Assembly: GCA_965645705.1 (NCBI GenBank)
Contig: CBFFWQ010000011.1
Coordinates: 64,001-125,036 of the forward strand
Source: an uncultured Lachnospiraceae bacterium
GTDB taxonomy: Bacteria > Bacillota > Clostridia > Lachnospirales > Lachnospiraceae
Length of the DNA stretch: 61,036 nt
Direction of reading: 5' to 3'
How positions within the stretch are numbered: the stretch's first letter is position 1; each line of letters begins with the position of its first letter. The notes below the pieces were generated by a model that was given only the letters and a program-made list of their open reading frames with translations, made no database searches and was not told the origin of the DNA. A program made the position numbers and the translations under genes. Shown here in pieces: positions 50,276 to 60,875 of this stretch.

Positions 50276-50316
50276 TACGCAAAAAAGCACCGAAATCTTT
50301 TAAAATTTCGATGCTA
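50276..50316 (-). terminator. Rho-independent terminator after the 50406..53936 gene
   Basis: On the minus strand GCATCGAAAT-loop-ATTTCGGTGC is followed by TTTTTTGCG. Confidence 0.55.
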
Positions 50317-50405
50317 CAAAATACTGCTATCAGACGAACAAAATCCAAAATTCTTAGGTCATGAAGCATTATAATAAGGAAATAATCTAAAGGTGCAAGC
50401 AAGAG

Positions 50406-53400
50406 CTATCCCTTATACTTAATTAGCCAATAATACTTACAAGCACCACGTATCTCACTTTCTGAAAATGCCCGTGTACGGTTTACAGTCGAATACATAC
50501 CAGAATCACCGACACGAAACTTACCTTTTGAATAATCAAAAATCACAACGTAGTGACCACCTAAAGTAAACAGATTATTTTTAGAGCCACTCGCTGTACC
50601 AGACATAGAACAAATCAAAACACCTCCACTCCTGATATGCTTCTCAGCAGTCTTGATAAATTCATTGTCATCGAAATAAGGACTGCATTCATGCCGAGTA
50701 CAACTAAACTTACCAGGTGCCATTCCATCTAAAGTTCTTTTTATTGCTCCACCATCTTTATTGGTGAAATAAGATGTTGTACCTGATGCTAAATACTTAC
50801 TTCTCTGCCATGCTCCAATTTCACCAGGATTCAGTCTGCGGTCAACAAAGGTTGACAGAATCATGGAAAGAGAACAAGCACCACAAGCTTGAGCACTCAT
50901 TGTTTTATCGTAATACTTTTGATTCCACCAGGAACCTCCACCTATTTCCTTAGAACCTTGTCCTTGTTTATAATGTATGAACCATCCATCCAGTACATCT
51001 TTATTCCCAATTAATTCTGTAGTAATTTTACCTGTCACACTAAATTTATGCGAAGGATCTAACTCCCAATTCAGCATTTCTTTTGTAATACCATTTGTAG
51101 TATTAGAACCATAATTAATCGAACTGCCTTGTTTACCAGAATGAGTAACTCCCTGCTTCTTTTCTTTCTTAGCAGTCTGTTCACTCTCCTTTACAATAGC
51201 TTTTTCTTCCTCAGATACAGCACTCTGTGGAACTCCTAGCAAATGAACCCCATCTAAAGTAGTGTTAGAGGCTGAAGAAACACTATAAATAAACTGATTA
51301 TCCAACGACCTCGAAATACTAGAATCTTCCGATACTGCATAAGAATCTTGATACTCTAAAATCTTTGCAACATTTGACCTAAAGGAGACTCCCGACGCTT
51401 CCTGATTCTGTAATGATTGTGTAAGATTCTCATTCCCACCTGTATAGAAGCCGCCTTGATTCTCTAAACTTGCTGTTAAATTCGACACGTAATACGAAGC
51501 AATCGTATAATCATCTAAAGTAGTAGATACACTGGACTGCTGAATACTTGCACCAGATACAATGTCCTGCTCGTGAACATAGTTGTTATAATTCCTATTA
51601 GTAACACTTGAACCATTACTTGACACGCTACCACTACTGCTGCTTTCGCCTTTAGAATCAACCTCTTCACCCTTTGGTGAAGAATACTCAATCTTCCCAG
51701 AACTCGTAATAAATACAGTATTAAATTTTCCTGACTTATCCAATACTGTATTGCTAGAAGAATCTTGTAACTTCAACACTGTAAAATCAGCAGCATCGTT
51801 ACGAGTATACAAGCTAGTGCCGCTATCCGTACTATGGGCACCTATAGTCCAAAATCCACTTTTGTTTTTAGCTACAAAAATTTCTACATGACCTGATTTC
51901 CATAATACATCTCCTGGCTTCGCCTTACTATAATCTCCTTTGTCACTTGCTTTCAAATGACTGCTGCCACCAATGGTACTTGTAGTACCTAAAGGGAATC
52001 GGGAAAAATCGGGAGTGCCTCTTCCTACTAAACCGTAAGTCCAACTTACAAAACTAGAACAGTCAAAACCACTTACTACATACCTATTCACATCTTCTAT
52101 AGTCACTTTACTGAAATCCGTAGGATAGCTATGCCCACCACCCCATACATACTTAGGACGTAATTGTGTAAGCTCATAAGCCTGTATTAAAATAGCAACC
52201 CTGCGTGGTGTTAAATCTTCTTCCTTAATTCCGCATTTTGCATAAGCATTCGGTAAATACTCTGATAGCTTTACATTACTATCTATCGCTATAGATTCAG
52301 TACCTTTTGCATTCATTAAACTAAAGGAATACAACGAACTTTCTAACTCAACCGCCTCAAGTGCATGAGCCTTCGCAAGTTCATTTTGATAAGTAGAAGG
52401 ATCTGTTACCTTAACAGAATCAAGTCCACCTTTTTTCAATAGCCTTGCATAAACACCAGGACCTAAAAGAGAAGCCAAAGTGGACTCACCACAACACACA
52501 ATATCAATTCCCCATACATGAAAAGGAGTAGAACCATCAGAATAATTATGTGTGTATGCTTTTAACTGTGAATCGCTTACATAATACAAATAACCATAAA
52601 CTCTTCCGTTGGATACAAAATAAGGACAATCATCATAATCACTTGCAGTTCTATAAACCCGCTTTGTATCATCGGTACTTACCTTGATACCGTTTACTTT
52701 CTCTAAAGCTTCGTTAAGATACATACATCTTTTTTCCGCCAACTTTACAATCTCATCGTAAGAAGATACAAGATCTTCTGGGAACAAGGTATTCCATAAA
52801 TCCAAGCACTTAGACTGACCGCCGCTCGGATCTTTTAAAGTTTTCAAAGCACCTCTGCTAAGAAACCAATTATCTTCGTGAATTGCAAGCATCATGGCAA
52901 TAATGCGACCGTACTGAGGATCGGAAAACTTCGCAATCTCTCCTAACTGTTTCCCATGCGTCTCAATATACGCATCCAATAAATTTGACAGCTGTGATCC
53001 AGTACCTAACTTTTTCTCCTCAGAAATAGAACTGTATTTCACATAACTGCTTGTACCACCATTTGGATCATACGCAATCCCTGTACTAGCCATACTTACA
53101 CCGCCAAGACCTCTATTATGTGAAATTGCTACAAGTACAGAAGAAAGGGCAGGATTAACATCCTTTACATCTTTCAAATCTAAAGTACCTAAAGCCTCTG
53201 CATACTTCTCATCTAAAGCTGCAAGGTTATCCGCATAATTATAAACATCAGCGGAATCAGATTTATTGTATACGGACTTCCTGCCATATGTACCCCAATC
53301 TTCCATACAAAACGGACCATAATCTATTCCTGTCGTTAATCCGTTGCTTCCAAGAACATTCACACCTTTTTTTCCATAATTCTTTAATGTCATGTAATCT

Positions 53401-53936
53401 GCACTTAAATCTCCATACACTTTACCCCATTGATTAAAAGGAAGATAAGCTTTTAATACTCCATCACTGCTATAACCTGTTTCTGCACACTGAATACCCA
53501 ATATAGTTGAAACCGAAATATGCGTGGCAGCACTGCTTTTATACAAAGTGCCTTCTTGCGTTTCTCTGCACAAAGTAAGCATCTCTTTCACATAACTATC
53601 ACCCAGCTTATCAATCAATGATAAATTAAGATCTCCCGTTGATGTTTGACTATAGCTGGTATCAACACTCAAATTCTTTAACTTTGTTTCTGGAGTTACA
53701 TCTGTTAAACCAAAATCACTTACAGACTGATCAGAGCTATTTCCGAATACACTAACAACAGAATAATTCTGCGTGCCTCCACGAATGCTGTTTCTAAACA
53801 GAACTAAAGGGTCACTATCTGCCAACATAAAACACATTGGCACGCACGTAAGTAAAATGATGAAAGCTCCTGCTATGGTAAATGGATTCACCGTGGACTT
53901 ATGCCTAATCTTACGAATAAAAGCATTTCTTGTCAC
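50406..53936 (-). CDS. Large secreted multidomain peptidoglycan hydrolase (NlpC/P60 endopeptidase plus additional domains)
   Basis: N-terminal TM. NlpC/P60 motif YVWGGGHSYP...SGFDCSSFVSWTYG. C-terminal Cys-peptidase-like QACGACSLSMILS. Ser-rich linker. Confidence 0.65.
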   Translation of the reverse strand: MTRNAFIRKIRHKSTVNPFTIAGAFIILLTCVPMCFMLADSDPLVLFRNSIRGGTQNYSVVSVFGNSSDQSVSDFGLTDVTPETKLKNLSVDTSYSQTSTGDLNLSLIDKLGDSYVKEMLTLCRETQEGTLYKSSAATHISVSTILGIQCAETGYSSDGVLKAYLPFNQWGKVYGDLSADYMTLKNYGKKGVNVLGSNGLTTGIDYGPFCMEDWGTYGRKSVYNKSDSADVYNYADNLAALDEKYAEALGTLDLKDVKDVNPALSSVLVAISHNRGLGGVSMASTGIAYDPNGGTSSYVKYSSISEEKKLGTGSQLSNLLDAYIETHGKQLGEIAKFSDPQYGRIIAMMLAIHEDNWFLSRGALKTLKDPSGGQSKCLDLWNTLFPEDLVSSYDEIVKLAEKRCMYLNEALEKVNGIKVSTDDTKRVYRTASDYDDCPYFVSNGRVYGYLYYVSDSQLKAYTHNYSDGSTPFHVWGIDIVCCGESTLASLLGPGVYARLLKKGGLDSVKVTDPSTYQNELAKAHALEAVELESSLYSFSLMNAKGTESIAIDSNVKLSEYLPNAYAKCGIKEEDLTPRRVAILIQAYELTQLRPKYVWGGGHSYPTDFSKVTIEDVNRYVVSGFDCSSFVSWTYGLVGRGTPDFSRFPLGTTSTIGGSSHLKASDKGDYSKAKPGDVLWKSGHVEIFVAKNKSGFWTIGAHSTDSGTSLYTRNDAADFTVLKLQDSSSNTVLDKSGKFNTVFITSSGKIEYSSPKGEEVDSKGESSSSGSVSSNGSSVTNRNYNNYVHEQDIVSGASIQQSSVSTTLDDYTIASYYVSNLTASLENQGGFYTGGNENLTQSLQNQEASGVSFRSNVAKILEYQDSYAVSEDSSISRSLDNQFIYSVSSASNTTLDGVHLLGVPQSAVSEEEKAIVKESEQTAKKEKKQGVTHSGKQGSSINYGSNTTNGITKEMLNWELDPSHKFSVTGKITTELIGNKDVLDGWFIHYKQGQGSKEIGGGSWWNQKYYDKTMSAQACGACSLSMILSTFVDRRLNPGEIGAWQRSKYLASGTTSYFTNKDGGAIKRTLDGMAPGKFSCTRHECSPYFDDNEFIKTAEKHIRSGGVLICSMSGTASGSKNNLFTLGGHYVVIFDYSKGKFRVGDSGMYSTVNRTRAFSESEIRGACKYYWLIKYKG

Positions 53937-54070
53937 GTAACCACCTGCCTTTCAAGAAAGCAATAAACTCTACACTCATACAAGACAATACCCTGATGCC
54001 TGTCTAAAGATGTAACAGGGCATAAATAGAAAACTCCGATACCTATCTAAAGGCATCGGAGTACACAAAT

Positions 54071-56071
54071 TTACAAATTCATGCGATCTCTTGTATTGAA
54101 ATTCTCTTCTATTTCTAACGGGAGGAAAGTTTTAAAAATAGCTTTATCCGAATGCAATCCAGTATCGTACTGAATTGCAAAGCAATTATTATACTTCGTA
54201 GATTCTGGATCAGCAATTGCTTTCAACATACCTTCTATCGGTTTACAGCCAAAATCAGCAGATAAAATCTTAATATCTTCCTCATTCATTTTTCCAATAA
54301 TACGTGTAGTTATATTGGATTTTATCTGAGCCAGTTCCCCATTTCTAAAAATACTAATGGCATTAAATAAAAGAAATACTGATACATTAGAACTACGAGA
54401 ACCTGTTACACGTGAACTGATATAACTAATTAATTTCTCTGATTGCTGACAACGCTGTAATTCCTCATAAAAAGCAAAGGTATGCAATTTCTTACGCTTA
54501 CGAAGTTCCTGCTTTTTACTATCAAGGAACTGCACCATAAATACTTTAAGCGTATCCAAGTTATCCAATTCACCACCAGCATTCTTATTAAAAGAATAAA
54601 TAACTAAAGGAGAATTAAGTATCTCTCCTACTGTAATTTCATTACGAAATAAATATGAATACAAACCCTCTGGTGCAAAATAATTAGCACACCTACTCTT
54701 AATTAAATTACACATCTTATGCTGCTCTTCATTGAAGGAGTTGGAACTCATTAATTCGTCAATAATCTCTAACAAAGCACCATACTTCATTGACCTTGTT
54801 TTATAAAAAGTAGCTGGATTTTCTGCAATCACTCCATTCTTGGAATACAATTTATTAATTGCCAAACGTAATACTGCTTCCAAATCAGTAGGATTACCCT
54901 CTATTTCCATTAAATTAACTATGATACTCATAAGCATAATTGTCCCATTAACAGCTGTATTAAACATATCTAAGCAATTACTCTCATCACAATCTAAGTC
55001 ATCTAAACGAAGAGTATTAACAAAACGAGAGTCTGCCTCATCCATACTGATAACCAATGTATCAACAAATGGTGACAACTTACACCATTCATTTCCTTTC
55101 AAATCTAAAGCGGAAGCATGAACTCCAATACCAATAGCATTAACACATACATTAAATGCGGTATACGTTTTACCACAACCTGTCTTACCGCAAAGCATAA
55201 TGACTTGTGCTGCTGAACTCTCAAAAAAATTAATCATCAAAGGGAGCTTATTTGTCCATTCAATACCGAGCATTAAACCATTACCACCAACTAATCCTTG
55301 TGTTTTATTTGGCATAAATAAACTCAAATTTTGTTCACTCATTAACATTGGATAAGTTTTCTTCATCTCCTGTTGCTTATAAACTGCTGGACAATAATTG
55401 TTAAGATAAGGAGTAAGTTCACCTGTAATATCTCCATAAGCAACTTTGAACTTATCCAGTAAACCATACAGCTCGCCTTCGTACAAATTTAATTCTTCAA
55501 TATCAGGAGCACTTGCTTGCACAAACATATAAGTAAGGAAAAATGCTTGATTGCCAGTAACGCTCTCAAAAATATAATCATAGCTATCCTTATTATCCCT
55601 GATGGCTAGCAAATGTTCTTTGTTAATACTTACTTTACTTCCATTACCGACATTAAACTCTGCACCGAGCATACGTTGGTCGTCTGACAATTGCGTGTAA
55701 ATTTGGGCATAACGATCAAACTGTCTTGTTGCCGAAGTAAGTTGTGTTGTAAATTTTCTACTTCGCACATCAATTCGTACTGGCTTATTATAAGTATGCA
55801 CTATTGTTTTGACTTTGGGGTGCAATTTAAACATTTGGGTACGAATGTGATAAGGGAGATTATTTTCAAAATGTACGGGTACTGCTAGAATAGTCCATAC
55901 TCTTGTAACCCTTTTTCTTGTAAGGAATCTATCAAAAACTGGTTTCAGACCTAAAGAAGTAATCTTCTCTTTTACAATCAAATTACCTTTTGTCAACCAG
56001 TTAGCTATGTACTCTGCATACACGGTTGCTAATAAATTCTTTTCTTTCTTTGCCATGCAACGATGCACCAC
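54071..56071 (-). CDS. P-loop ATPase, VirB4/TrsE-like conjugation ATPase candidate
   Basis: Walker A LCGKTGCGKTY at about residue 300 of 666. It lies immediately upstream of the wall hydrolase, as in conE-cwlT-type arrangements. Confidence 0.4.
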   Translation of the reverse strand: MVHRCMAKKEKNLLATVYAEYIANWLTKGNLIVKEKITSLGLKPVFDRFLTRKRVTRVWTILAVPVHFENNLPYHIRTQMFKLHPKVKTIVHTYNKPVRIDVRSRKFTTQLTSATRQFDRYAQIYTQLSDDQRMLGAEFNVGNGSKVSINKEHLLAIRDNKDSYDYIFESVTGNQAFFLTYMFVQASAPDIEELNLYEGELYGLLDKFKVAYGDITGELTPYLNNYCPAVYKQQEMKKTYPMLMSEQNLSLFMPNKTQGLVGGNGLMLGIEWTNKLPLMINFFESSAAQVIMLCGKTGCGKTYTAFNVCVNAIGIGVHASALDLKGNEWCKLSPFVDTLVISMDEADSRFVNTLRLDDLDCDESNCLDMFNTAVNGTIMLMSIIVNLMEIEGNPTDLEAVLRLAINKLYSKNGVIAENPATFYKTRSMKYGALLEIIDELMSSNSFNEEQHKMCNLIKSRCANYFAPEGLYSYLFRNEITVGEILNSPLVIYSFNKNAGGELDNLDTLKVFMVQFLDSKKQELRKRKKLHTFAFYEELQRCQQSEKLISYISSRVTGSRSSNVSVFLLFNAISIFRNGELAQIKSNITTRIIGKMNEEDIKILSADFGCKPIEGMLKAIADPESTKYNNCFAIQYDTGLHSDKAIFKTFLPLEIEENFNTRDRMNL

Positions 56072-56136
56072 CTTTATTCAAATACTAAAATAAAAAAATA
56101 GTGTACGGTTAAATACACTATTCTAAAGAAAAATGC

Positions 56137-57012
56137 TTAGGATACTGCCCTGCTAATTTGCGTGATGCTTACTGTATCAGCTAAAAATAGATGACCTAAA
56201 GGATCCGTCACAATAATTGTGTAAGAACCATTTTCTGTACACCTAAAGTATGGGGATTCGTCACCATAAATACGATTGAAATCATACTTGTCTTTAACGA
56301 AACAAAGAGACTTCTCGTAAGTCTTACCCTTCTTAGAAAACCAAGAAAGCCATTCTTTCTTTGGATCATACGCACCATCTACAATACAAACAAGACAACC
56401 TGTTAATGATGGTGAACAATTCAATTCAAATTCAACCGCCTTACCACCGTTTACCAATTTAGCATTCTTAATACTGAATAAATTTTTATTCTGTAATAAA
56501 ACTGCGTGAAGCGTAGTACCTAACTCTGCCTGTACTTTAAATTTATAAATTCCTGAAACTAAAGGGACAGAGTACAATAGTATTTCCTTACCATCTTTAT
56601 ACTGAAACATTCTGCAATGGTTATACACGTTATTACTATCTGTCGAAGAAGAATCTAAAGTAGAGCCATTGGAATGCTTTAGTACCTTTTCTACTTTATC
56701 TTTTCCATTAGCACATTGTAATACAAAATCATACTTGCTACTGGAACCGTTCTTAGACAGAAACTCAAATACAAAATAACTTTTCTTTGTTACACTGAAT
56801 TGTAATTCATGCATCTTGGTATCTTCAAAAGAATACGTTTTATTTAGCTTAGCTAAATAACCAGCGTAATCAAAAACAGAATTAATACCAGTTACTTCTG
56901 GAGAAATTAATTCTATTGTACTAGTAGCACAAGCTGTTCTAAAAAATGGCGATAGTAAGAAAGACAAAACGATAATAAATGGCACTATTCTATAATTACA
57001 AAATTTGCACAT
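56137..57012 (-). CDS. Secreted protein
   Basis: Signal peptide FIIVLSFLLSPFFRTACA. Confidence 0.5.
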   Translation of the reverse strand: MCKFCNYRIVPFIIVLSFLLSPFFRTACATSTIELISPEVTGINSVFDYAGYLAKLNKTYSFEDTKMHELQFSVTKKSYFVFEFLSKNGSSSKYDFVLQCANGKDKVEKVLKHSNGSTLDSSSTDSNNVYNHCRMFQYKDGKEILLYSVPLVSGIYKFKVQAELGTTLHAVLLQNKNLFSIKNAKLVNGGKAVEFELNCSPSLTGCLVCIVDGAYDPKKEWLSWFSKKGKTYEKSLCFVKDKYDFNRIYGDESPYFRCTENGSYTIIVTDPLGHLFLADTVSITQISRAVS

Positions 57013-57127
57013 AATGATAATCCTTTCTATTATAAAACAGAGATATTCTATGATAACCTACCTACAAAAACTAAAGGGAGTATAAGCTATCAGAATGAGT
57101 GGCAGCAATAGCAGCAGGAATAAAGAA

Positions 57128-58387
57128 CTAGATTGCTATATCTGAAGAGTCTATTAGTTTATAAATTTTTTGGCAAACGGGGCGAGAAGATAAAAATAAA
57201 AACTTATCTTCATCGTGCTCTATTTTATCTAATTCCTTAAAATCTCCCCAATACAATTCTGACTCTGGGTCGCCTGAAATAGTCATACTTGGCAATAAAC
57301 TAAAGGTTTCAAAATACTTTGGATTCCTACAAATTGGTAGCTGAATCATAGAGCCTGACAAAACAATATCTTGTACAGACTTACAATCTATTACCAAAAG
57401 CAAATCTAAAGAAGATTTATTAGAAAGCAATAAATCAAAAATTTCCAAATAATTACCTGACTTTGCAATGAAATCATTGGCAACTACATCACTATTGGTA
57501 AATGAATTATGAATGATTTTATAATAGGAAGGAAGCATTTGTAATCGCCTTGAAGTTTTACTATCATACAAAATAACTACTTTGACACTCATCTTACATT
57601 GTAATTTAACCACATCAAATAATACAGAAATAAGAGTAAAGAAGTTATCTACTAACTCGAACTCCTTTAAATAAACAATCTTTGGGCGATTCGGATAATT
57701 TGATAAAATAACTTTATCGTAGATATCCTTTGTAATGATACTCTCATACTGCAATAAAGTTTTATTTAATTTACGTGCATCCTCTAGTATACTCGCATAA
57801 CCACGCAGATACTTTTGATTTTCTCTTTCAAATAAGGCACATTGTTTTTCCAATTCACTATTCTTTTGCTCTAATTCTGTAATCTTATTCTTGTACTCTT
57901 CTACTATACTATAAAGAAAAGAATACGTATCTGCCAACTCTACTACTTCTTTCGTATAAAGCTCACTATGCTTCTTAATAAGATTTACATCATCTAAAGC
58001 AGAACGAAAATGCTTATTTGAGACTGGATCTGTCTTGTAAGCATTATCGTTATACAATGCGGCTGTAATAATTTTTATATCTAAATACTCAATACTGCAC
58101 TCATAAATCCGCACTAAATCTTTAACACTGTTATACCAGAATGAATCATCTCCGATGTAAATAAACTCTAATCCCAATAAATTTTTGTACAATTTTAACT
58201 GGGATACTACATTAGGCAAACGCATAATTCCTTCCAAAACAATGCAGATCTTAGTCTGTTTTACAATCTCCTCTGTTATTTCTGTTAAGGAATTAATAAA
58301 AATGGCTCCCTGCTGCGTGAGATCCATAATGTTATTCTTCACTATCTTTTTACTCACGTGGTCGTAAAGAATAATAAAACTATTCAT
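57128..58387 (-). CDS. Coiled-coil hypothetical protein
   Basis: Start moved to MNSFIILYD after AAAGGCGGTG. Confidence 0.5.
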   Translation of the reverse strand: MNSFIILYDHVSKKIVKNNIMDLTQQGAIFINSLTEITEEIVKQTKICIVLEGIMRLPNVVSQLKLYKNLLGLEFIYIGDDSFWYNSVKDLVRIYECSIEYLDIKIITAALYNDNAYKTDPVSNKHFRSALDDVNLIKKHSELYTKEVVELADTYSFLYSIVEEYKNKITELEQKNSELEKQCALFERENQKYLRGYASILEDARKLNKTLLQYESIITKDIYDKVILSNYPNRPKIVYLKEFELVDNFFTLISVLFDVVKLQCKMSVKVVILYDSKTSRRLQMLPSYYKIIHNSFTNSDVVANDFIAKSGNYLEIFDLLLSNKSSLDLLLVIDCKSVQDIVLSGSMIQLPICRNPKYFETFSLLPSMTISGDPESELYWGDFKELDKIEHDEDKFLFLSSRPVCQKIYKLIDSSDIAI

Positions 58388-58400
58388 TTTAACACCGCCT

Positions 58401-59744
58401 TTATGCAGAGGATACTGCAAAAATACTATCATACAAATCTCTGTCTACATTCAAATCATCAAAATGGATACTATCCACGATTCGTGTTTTGAAATTCAAG
58501 AATGATTTTACTTCTTTATAATTGTAATACGCTATATTTCCAAATAGCTGTACTTCTTTATTGAGGAAGATTGTTAATGGAAAAGAATAAAAAATCTCAA
58601 TTAATTTTGTGCGTGCCGCCTCCAAATTACTTTTTAAAGGTGTAATGAAATAAAATACATTTGTAATTTTATTCTTATGCGTCCTACATAAATACTGAAT
58701 TATTTCTTTTTCAGCAACAATGAACACCTCATCTAAATTACTATAATCAAGCTTTTCCAAAAAGCTAAAGAGAAAGTCTTTGATAACTTCAAATTCTTTA
58801 TCACTGTTTGGGGTACAAACATTTATCACGCCTTGCTTTAACTCACTTTCTGAAAGTAAATTAAACATAGAGACTTCTTTAAAGTTACTACCACCTATTT
58901 CCAATAAAGACACAATATCTCTATTTTTAGCAAAATTAAGTACAAGAGTACACTTATCTGCATCTATCGCTGAAGAAGCTAAAGCAGAAGCCCAAATACT
59001 CTTTCCTGATTTTGCGTCACCCATAAACAAAGTAATATGTGTCTTAAGCAATACACCAGAATCCTGCAAAGTTCCGATAACGGGATTATCATAACTTGCT
59101 ATATCTTTATCATCTAAAGATTCGAATTTCTGCCCTGACTCTATCTTTAGAGCATTTGCCTTTGCTTTATCGTACTTATAAACACTCTCATGCTGAAAAG
59201 GTTCAATAATATAAGAACCTGCTTTTTCTGGCACATAAGCTTTGTTAGCTGGATTCCCCTTCTCATACCTATAAAATTTACTTTTAGTATTATGGAAATC
59301 CTCTACTTGGGTTGTGCCAAGTAGATAACTATTAATTTCCTGAAAGGAAAGTTTACCTTTTACTGTATTGACGCTGTACACGATATTAAATCGTTTGCCA
59401 GTTTCTTTAGCTTCTAACTTACATTCACTCATTACAGCCTGAAAATACTTACTTGCTTCAATAGCATCTTCACTTTCCTTTTGTATAAAAACAATTTCCT
59501 TTGTTTTAAAAAAGCCATCATTTACAATCAAATTTTGTAAAATAGACATATCTAATCGACTTTTCATTTGAGCAGACTGATAAACATAAAGAAATTTATC
59601 TACCGTAATAATAGAATTACGAATTTCTTCTTCATACTCATACAGATTTTTATAAGCGAAGTCTACCTTGAACACGCCAGAACTTCCTAAATGCCTCGCT
59701 AATTCGTTGGTCTGTTCACCAGCTACTATCATTAACTTAATCAT
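58401..59744 (-). CDS. P-loop NTPase
   Basis: Walker-A-like FMGDAKSGKSIWASALA. Confidence 0.45.
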   Translation of the reverse strand: MIKLMIVAGEQTNELARHLGSSGVFKVDFAYKNLYEYEEEIRNSIITVDKFLYVYQSAQMKSRLDMSILQNLIVNDGFFKTKEIVFIQKESEDAIEASKYFQAVMSECKLEAKETGKRFNIVYSVNTVKGKLSFQEINSYLLGTTQVEDFHNTKSKFYRYEKGNPANKAYVPEKAGSYIIEPFQHESVYKYDKAKANALKIESGQKFESLDDKDIASYDNPVIGTLQDSGVLLKTHITLFMGDAKSGKSIWASALASSAIDADKCTLVLNFAKNRDIVSLLEIGGSNFKEVSMFNLLSESELKQGVINVCTPNSDKEFEVIKDFLFSFLEKLDYSNLDEVFIVAEKEIIQYLCRTHKNKITNVFYFITPLKSNLEAARTKLIEIFYSFPLTIFLNKEVQLFGNIAYYNYKEVKSFLNFKTRIVDSIHFDDLNVDRDLYDSIFAVSSA

Positions 59745-59796
59745 ACAAGCTACCTGCTTTCTACTAATGCAAAAATTACTGAATGCAAACTATACT

Positions 59797-59850
59797 TACG
59801 AACTATAAAATTTACCACTATCTGAAGGTTCGTGAGTATAAATAATCACT
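59797..59850 (-). promoter_or_regulatory. Inverted pair ATACTTACGAAC ... GTTCGTGAGTAT upstream of 58401..59744
   Basis: Two arms about 25 bp apart. Confidence 0.4.
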
Positions 59851-59897
59851 ATCGCATAAAAAGTAGCCTAAACTTTCGTCATGGCTACCTAAAAGAA

Positions 59898-60875
59898 CTA
59901 ATTAATAACTTTTACTCCCGTATCTGGCTGATAACCTTTATTAGCTGTAAGAGTACGGTTATCTTCTGTAGTGAATTGGTACAAGCCAACAATGTTTGCA
60001 AAAATTGGAGTATCTTCCTCTCCTGCTAATGCCATTACTCGCATAGTAGATAAGTCAATTGCTTCAAGAGAATAAAATTCTCGATAAAACTCCATTAGTT
60101 TTGCCCAATTCAAAAATTCTATAGTACGTAAAGCATTACGTGAAGATTGCGTATCTGCAATCATTGACCTAATGCAAGACTCCAATTGAGGTAATTGATA
60201 ATTTCGCTGCGTTTGAATAACTAAATACAATGTACTTGTATTATTCATACTTTCTACTGTTGTATTAATTAGTCGTAATACTTTCATTAAATAAACGGCA
60301 AGTGTTTTATCTTGAATTTTATTTAGCCGTTTTGAATAACGGTCAATCTCAACAGAGTTAGCAAAATTCTCCGTAGCTTCTATTGTACGGAATTCTAAAT
60401 CATGAGCAGCGATTGTATGAAAATACTGTTCCATTAAATACTGAGTATTGCGTGATTTCACTTTATCATTACTACCATAACGAAGTTGAACTACACAAAA
60501 ATTATTACCATTAATAAATTCAAAAATACTTATTTTGTACCCATTAACATCTAAAGTGAATGTAGCATCTTTACGAATTTGTACATACTTAGCAAAGTTA
60601 TCAGAACTTTGTGATTTATACTCATAAATTTTAGCTTGTTCATCAAAGACAACGAATCTAAAGAAGGATACTCCAATGCATAAAACTATAGCTAAACCTC
60701 CTAAAAAAGCAAACCATACTGAAATACGAAGATACTTATAACAAATCCAGCATCCACCTAAAAGAAGTATAGCACCGAAAAATACTATTATTTGACCGTA
60801 AAATTTATTCTTATCTGATTCAGACATTCCACCGCTTCCAGATACGGAACGGTATACATTATGCGGAAAAACCAT
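59898..60875 (-). CDS. Membrane protein (2 TM helices)
   Basis: 325-aa ORF with hydrophobic helices near the N-terminus. Confidence 0.5.
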   Translation of the reverse strand: MVFPHNVYRSVSGSGGMSESDKNKFYGQIIVFFGAILLLGGCWICYKYLRISVWFAFLGGLAIVLCIGVSFFRFVVFDEQAKIYEYKSQSSDNFAKYVQIRKDATFTLDVNGYKISIFEFINGNNFCVVQLRYGSNDKVKSRNTQYLMEQYFHTIAAHDLEFRTIEATENFANSVEIDRYSKRLNKIQDKTLAVYLMKVLRLINTTVESMNNTSTLYLVIQTQRNYQLPQLESCIRSMIADTQSSRNALRTIEFLNWAKLMEFYREFYSLEAIDLSTMRVMALAGEEDTPIFANIVGLYQFTTEDNRTLTANKGYQPDTGVKVIN

